Shown: positions 57,601-64,000 of the stretch, one piece after another | Layout of the letters: every line of letters begins with the position of its first letter | How positions within the stretch are numbered: position 1 is the stretch's first letter | Source of the DNA: Rhynchopus sp. YZ270_cl-10 | Taxonomy: Eukaryota | Assembly (NCBI GenBank): GCA_964035575.1 | Contig: OZ037842.1 | Coordinates: 434,001 to 498,000, forward strand | Direction: 5' to 3' | DNA: 64,000 bases | Notes under the pieces: model-generated | Seen by the model: the letters and a program-made list of their open reading frames with translations, nothing else | What the model was told of the DNA's origin: nothing | Database searches by the model: none | Position numbers and translations under genes: made by a program

Positions 57601-58361
57601 GGAGAGTACAGGCTGTACCCAACCGGTTGGTAGTTCAGGAGTGTCAAGTGTCGGACTGCTAAGTCGTATTCTGGGTTGAGGCAGGGCACAGCAAGCACTT
57701 TGCCTCGCGTATCCGCAGCGGTCTTGCCGTCCGCAAGGCACTCCAAAGGGTAATGTGGATAGTGGTCATTGGGGTAGCCGTACGCATCACCAGACCCATC
57801 GGGCAAAACATCTCCCTGAACGCTTCTATTTACCGCAGGCAGGGTGGTCACGTGGTCGTAGTCAGTGCCGTTGTTGACCAGACTATTCATTTGCATGTAG
57901 CCATCAGGGCGGATCCCAAGGGTAAAAAAGCTCTCATATATCTGCATCGTCTGCAACTTCGTGGTCACAATGCCCACCCCATCATAGTTGTCGTTACGAG
58001 CAACCATGTGGTAGAAAAGCTTCCGCCAGCTGTAGATGTAGTCCCAGGAGGTCATCACGGCGGTCGTCTCGGTCATCACCTGGTGGCAGATCTGGTCGCT
58101 TGCATCGTGAACAGTGACAAAGAAAGCGGAAAACTGCCTAACAACAAAGTCGGCCTGCTGGTTGAGGTACACCTCCGACAGCTTCACAACAGTGGTGCTC
58201 CCAACATCAAAAGCACTGCCGACAGACTCCTGCAGCAGGTCTTCTGTGTCACGCAGGGCAGAGTCACCACTCCACACTGCCATCGACGTGCACAGACAGG
58301 CCACCGCAGCGATGCAGAACACCACAAGCCCGACATTCAGCGCCCTGATCGATACAATCAT
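54678..58361 (-). CDS. Receptor-type cyclase-like membrane protein, paralog 4 (exons 58361-57367, 57317-57099, 56019-54678; 851 aa)
   Basis: GT-AG introns of 49 and 1079 nt give an in-frame 2556-nt CDS. Intron 2 is inflated by MITEs. Confidence 0.85.
56169..56564. mobile_element. Intronic MITE with TGTGAAT arrays, 5-bp TSD ATTAG
   Basis: TIR TGGGGTGAT.TGGGGTCTTTTTTTTCA with ATTAG on both sides. Confidence 0.8.
56674..57062. mobile_element. Intronic Tc1/mariner-type MITE (TA TSD)
   Basis: TIR CAGTCATCCAACAAAGGTTGGTGGGGTAAAAAC with TA flanks; absent from the equivalent intron of paralog 5. Confidence 0.9.
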
Positions 58362-58720
58362 TGTGTACAAATGTGCTGTGAGTGGTGTGATACATTTGTG
58401 TGAGATGTGGTATGATACAAAACGAACCCACCCCTTCTCTCCTTTTCTCCTCTCGTTTTTGGGTTTCCCCAAATCGCTATGATTTCTTGAAAGACAACTG
58501 AAGTATGTGGACACTAACACATATGTTTTTACTGGATGACGGACTAGAACAGAGTGAGTTTCCACGGTTCCAACGTATGACCAGACACAACGGACATGGC
58601 ACACATCTGATACTATCCAGCGAATCAACGAAGGATAGGTCAAAACGCCATTTTTTCTGCTGCACATCTGGCACCATTATTCTCTTCTCGCAAACCGCTT
58701 ACATGCTAACCCATAGCATA

Positions 58721-58998
58721 AAGGGGGGGGAGGGATAATTGTAGTGGGGGATAACTGTAGAATGGCGGATAAAATAAAAAATATCGCCAGTTTTTTCTTC
58801 TCAAAAAATGGGGGATAGTTGTAGTGGGGGATAAAAAAAAATATCTCTCTTTTTTCCCACCTGAATATCCCCATCCCCAAGGAAAATCCACACCAAAAAC
58901 GCGGTGTGGGAAGTGGGGGATAACTGTAGTGGGGGATAAGATAAAATAAAATGGGGGAGAAAAAACGGGGGATAATTGTTTTATCCCCCACCCCCCTT
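58721..58998. mobile_element. MITE with GGGGGATA repeats, AAGGGGGG termini and TA TSD
   Basis: The empty site is visible in the paralog 5 upstream region (ATAGCATATGTC at 63481). Confidence 0.88.
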
Positions 58999-59049
58999 TA
59001 TGTCTTTGGACAGACCGTCAAGCAGAAAAAAAAAAGAAAGGGGGAAAAA

Positions 59050-60215
59050 ACGCGTGTACCTAAAGGAGTTGAAGAACGTCAAAACTATATGAATATTAAT
59101 GAGAAAAGAGGGGTGAGCCTTTGTCATGAAAACATAAACCATACTTGGACTGCCCGAAATATATCATACCATTCGGGCGATGCAAGTATAAACAAACATG
59201 TCTCTATAGGAATATGAGACGTTCGTGAACACTAGAACCAACAACAGAGGTGTTTCAGAAGAGCACGTCTCATGTTGGAAGGAGAAAGGAAGGTGTAAAG
59301 GCCTCCAGTCTTGGCGGGGAACAGACTTCATTGATCCGTTAACGCAAGCTGTATGAGGCAGGTGGAGCAAGATGATGAGCAGTCTTCACGAGGTTGTGTG
59401 TTGGTGGTGTAATGAGTCCTGTGACTTTGTCTTGGGTCTAACGCGTGTACCTAAAAGAGTTGAAAAGCGTCAAAAACTATATGAATATTAATGAGAAAAG
59501 AGGGGTGAGCCTTTGTCATGAAAACATAAACCATACTTGGAGCGCCCGAAATATATCATACCATTCGGGCGATGCAAGTATAAACACACAAGTCTCTTTT
59601 GGAATATGAGACGTTCGTGAACACTAGAACCAACAACAGAGGTGTTTCAGAAGAGCACGTCTCATGTTGGAGGGAGAAAGGAAGGTGTAAAGGCCTCCAG
59701 TCTTGGCGGGGAACAGACTTCATTGATCCGTTAACACGCAAGCTGTATGAGGCAGGTGGAGCAAGATGATGAGCAGTCTTCACGAGGTTGTGTGTTGGTG
59801 GTGTAATGAGTCCTGTGACTTTGTCTTGGGTCTAACGCGTGTACCTAAAAGAGTTGAAAAACGTCAAAAACTATATGAATATTAATGAGAAAAGAGGGGT
59901 GAGCCTTTGTCATGAAAACATAAACCATACTTGGAGCGCCCGAAATATATCATACCATTCGGGCGATGCAAGTATAAACACACAAGTCTCTATAGGAATA
60001 TGAGACGTTCGTGAACACTAGAACCAACAACAGAGGTGTTTCAGAAGAGCACGTCTCATGTTGGAAGGAGAAAGGAAGGTGTAAAGGCCTCCAGTCTTGG
60101 CGGGGAACAGTCCTTCATTGATCCGTTAACACGCAAGCTGTATGAGGCAGGTAGAGCAAGATGATGAGCAGTCTTCACGAGGTTGTGTGTTGGTGGTGGA
60201 ATGAGTCCTGTGACC
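59050..60215. repeat. Tandem triplication (period ~392 bp) of the 3' UTR/intergenic block downstream of paralog 5
   Basis: ACGCGTGTACCTAAA at 59050, 59441 and 59835; single-copy homologs at ~27820-28220 and ~54183-54575. Confidence 0.92.
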
Positions 60216-60314
60216 TAGTTTCGCGTGCTCACATCACCTTCGCTACACATTTGAAGGTCACGCTTCAGCAATCCGGTCATGAGGTCGTGCTGGCGTGCTT
60301 GAGTGGAGCAGTGC

Positions 60315-63128
60315 TTAGGCATCCCCTGCAGCAAGGGCCAAATCACCAACGTATGCAAGACGAATAGGAACAGGAGCACTCCCACTGCTGCGCGCCGTTG
60401 AAATCATCTTCTTAACCAACTCAAGACCCTCAGCTGTGCACCCTTTCAGAGCCTCCTCAGCCTCGTCCAGCTTGTTGTCATACAGCAGCGCCACAGCTGA
60501 GTTCATCTTCGAGTACGGGTCCTGAGCAGCTGCGCTTTCCAGTTGGTACATCCACTCCTCGTTTTGTCCTGCCTCCCGAGCAGCAACAACCTCACTCAGC
60601 AAAGTGGTCTTCCCGTTGGCACGTTTCGCCTTCACGAAGCTGCGGATGGTGAAGTGCGAGTCAATCGCCTTCCCCACATCACCATCCACCAGGACACCGA
60701 CACCCCACTTGCTTCCACAACGCTCGATGGAACGTACGTCTGTTGCGACAGACCCAATCACACCGTACTTCTTCAGCCCTGTGCAACCCATTGTCCCGCA
60801 CACTGCACTGCCTGAGCTAATGGCCACGTTGACGGAAATGCCAGAATTCATGCGATTCCGCACAGCAAGTGCGTACTCTGCAGCATGCACTTTGTGTGAC
60901 GCACAGCCAGTGACTGTGTTGAAGCACACAGTCACCTTGTCACCCGACATGTCGTCCACAATGCCACGTGCCGCCTTCGCTGACTCGAGGAGAACCTCCA
61001 AGTACGAGCTGAGTGTGCTGACGACCTTGTTCTGTTCAGTGGCGTGGAGGGAATTTATGTTCGACAGAGCAATCGACACGTTCTTCGATTTTACAGCAAC
61101 TCCGAACGCGGCAGCTGCTGCCCGCATTGAATGTGAAGTTCCAGAAACACTCTCACTTGAACGGTCATTGCTCACTATTCCAGTTGATGTGTCTTCTTCT
61201 GCTTCCGTCTCTTCTGTCGCACTGTCAACAAGCACACTCTGTGGAAGGTACTGACGGTACTCAACCAGGTTTTTCATCATCTGTTTGAAGGACTGCTCCA
61301 TTGCACACACTTCTGAGAGTGAACTCAGTGGTCTGGAAGCATCAACACTACTTAAATCCATGACAGCAACGTGCGACATGTCCTCCATGAGTTGGATCAG
61401 AGGCTTTGTGATGCGGAAGACAAGGTACACCGTCAGCCCAATAGGGATCAACGCAGCAACGACAACAACAATGTAGAGAATCATGCGTGCCTTTTCAAGG
61501 TCGTCGTCCACCTTTGCTTTCTTTGCACGGATGTTCTTCTGTGTTGCTGTGTTCAGATCGTCCACCTCACCAAGGATGTACTCCCTGTCCACCAATGCCA
61601 CCACGTACCAGTTCAGACCACGTTCGTTGTCGAACAGTTTCACGCTGTAAAGTGCAAAGTTATAAGTGTATCTCATTGACATATGTGACATACGTGACAA
61701 AGAACTCCTCATCATCAGGACGGCGTGTCGTGTTCATCATGAAGGATCCAGGAACGCCTTGCTGCAACAGGTGTTCTGCATTGGTTGTGGTGTATGTTTC
61801 GTTGACCACATGTGGCAGCGTGAGGTAGTCCACTGTGCCTGCAACCAGTGGGTCGTCGGTGTCCTTCGCAGGCATGGGCACTTCATAGGCGCCAGTGAAA
61901 GACCTGTAAGAATGTGGATAGATACATAACTGTAAAACAAACAAAACTCGTATTACGCCGGTGCTCTGTGCACAAATTCGCTTACACGATTGCCAGCGTG
62001 CGGGAACACGATGGGTTTGAAACTTGGTTATATCTTCATCGCAGTGACGGTTGTTCAGGATGATGCCGTCACCCTATGAGCTTGCATTACAGGCCAAGGC
62101 ACGGTACTTGACTCTCGAACAAAACAAACATACGTTCCGTGCGACGTCCCTGCCATGTACCAATGCTGCCAGCCTTCCACCACCCAGTTGTGACGCACTG
62201 TCGCAAACACCCTTCCCAGACTTCCCTTCCCGAGGTCAAGGGTCTTCAGAAACGCTGTGATCTTCCTCATATCTGTACCAGCGTACGTTATCCCAACGCG
62301 ATTGCCTGCATTGTCAACGTACACACACTGCGAGATGACCCCGACGTTGTAGCCCAGGTCCGTCAATGGAGAGTACAGGCTGTACCCAACCGGTTGGTAG
62401 TTCAGGAGTGCCAAGTGTCGTTCTGCTAAGTTGTACTCTGGGTTGAGGCAGGGCACATCGAACTCTTTGCCTCGTGAGTCCACAGCGGTCTTGCCGTCCG
62501 CAAGGCACTCCAAAGGGTAAGCTGGATAGTGGTCATTGGGGTAGCCGTACGCATCACCAGACCCATCGGGCAAAGCATCTCCCTGAACGCTTCTATTTAC
62601 CGCAGGCAGGGTGGTCACGTGGTCGTAGTCAGTGCCGTTGTTGACCAGACTATTGAGATGCATGTAGCCATCAGGGCGGATCCCAAGGGTGAAAAAGCTC
62701 TCATACATCTGCATCGTCTGCAACTTCGTGGTCACAATGCCCACCCCATCATAGTTGTCGTTACGAGCAACCATATGGTAGAGAGCCTTCCGCCAGCTGT
62801 AGATGTAGTCCCAGGAGGTCATCACGGCGGTCGTCTCGGTCATCACCTGGTGGCAGATCTGGTCGCTTGCATCGTGAACAGTGACAAAGAAAGCGGAAAA
62901 CTGCCTAACAACAGAGTCGGCCTGCTGGTTGAGGTACACCTCCGACAGCTTCACAACAGTGGTGCTCCCAACATCAAAAGCACTGCCGACAGACTCCTGC
63001 AGCAGGTCTTCTGTGTCACGCAGGGCAGAGTCACCACTCCACACTGCCATCGACGTGCACAGACAGGCCACCGCAGCGATGCAGAACACCACAAGCCCGA
63101 CATTCAGCGCCCTGATCGATACAATCAT
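60315..63128 (-). CDS. Receptor-type cyclase-like membrane protein, paralog 5 (exons 63128-62134, 61903-61694, 61644-60315; 844 aa)
   Basis: GT-AG introns of 230 and 49 nt give an in-frame 2535-nt CDS. Tandem duplicate of paralog 4, including upstream sequence. Confidence 0.85.
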
Positions 63129-64000
63129 TGTGTACAAATGTGCTGTGAGTGGTGTGATACATTTGTGTGAGATGTGGTATGATACAAAACGAACCCACCC
63201 CTTCTCTCCTTTTCTCCTCTCGTTTTTGGGTTTCCCCAAATCGCTATGATTTCTTGAAAGACAACTGAAGTATGTGGACACTAACACATATGTTTTTACT
63301 GGATGACGGACTAGAACAGAGTGAGTTTCCACGGTTCCAACGTATGACCAGACACAACAGACATGGCACACATCTGATACTATCCCAGCGAATCAACGAA
63401 GGATAGGTCAAAACGCCATTTTTTCCGCTGCACATCTGGCACCATAATTCTCTTCTCGCAAACCGCTTCCATGCTAACCCATAGCATATGTCTCTGGACA
63501 CGACCGTCAAGCAGGAAAAAAAAAAAGAATGGGGGAAAAAAATGGTAGTTGACGCAGGCACCTCCGACTGACTTACGTATGATGCCAGCCATCTGGATGA
63601 AAGCACAAATAAACAAAAAGATGATCCTAAGCCTCGTGTGTTGCTACAAATGAAAAATAAAAAAACGGCGGAGTTTTTTTTTATTGGCCAACACCTCAAC
63701 GGATGCAGCCAAAAAAACTAGATCTGCCTTACACAAAGGAATATCCGGACATGATCTAAAAAAAAACTAGGGCTATGTACACCAGGAAAAAGGACATTGT
63801 GACAATACCGAAGCATATTGTCCCTCATGGAGACTCCTCAGAATTGCTGTAGTTGATCTTGGAAATGGAAAGAAAGAAAAAACGACTTGAAACACAAACG
63901 CCTCTGTGGACGCAGGCACAGTCAGGAAAGGCCGTTGGGTGGAGGGGTAAGATCTTAACTGGGTAACATGGCTTGCGTTGCCACGGCGCCGTTCCTGAGA

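Overview
Eukaryotic, repeat-rich genomic DNA. The intron-containing genes, CRE-type retroelement and receptor-cyclase-like gene family suggest a euglenozoan protist such as a diplonemid; this is an inference. Host genes: five paralogous minus-strand genes of about 844-855 aa with GT-AG introns. Each encodes TM - large extracellular sensor - TM - HAMP - degenerate class III nucleotide-cyclase fold - helical C-terminus. They appear catalytically dead and mosaic. Mobile DNA: (1) an apparently intact CRE-like non-LTR retrotransposon with RT and restriction-like endonuclease, flanked by two OTU-like domains, nested in a stack of TIR elements with readable target-site duplications (TSDs); (2) many MITE/foldback elements filled with arrays of short palindromic words; (3) a 3.26-kb element with 510-570-bp inverted termini carrying two intronless ORFs, neither a recognisable transposase. 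Between these, about 30 copies of three related 30-50-nt hairpin motifs occur, all in the same orientation across the window. No rRNA, tRNA, SL RNA or CRISPR array was recognised.
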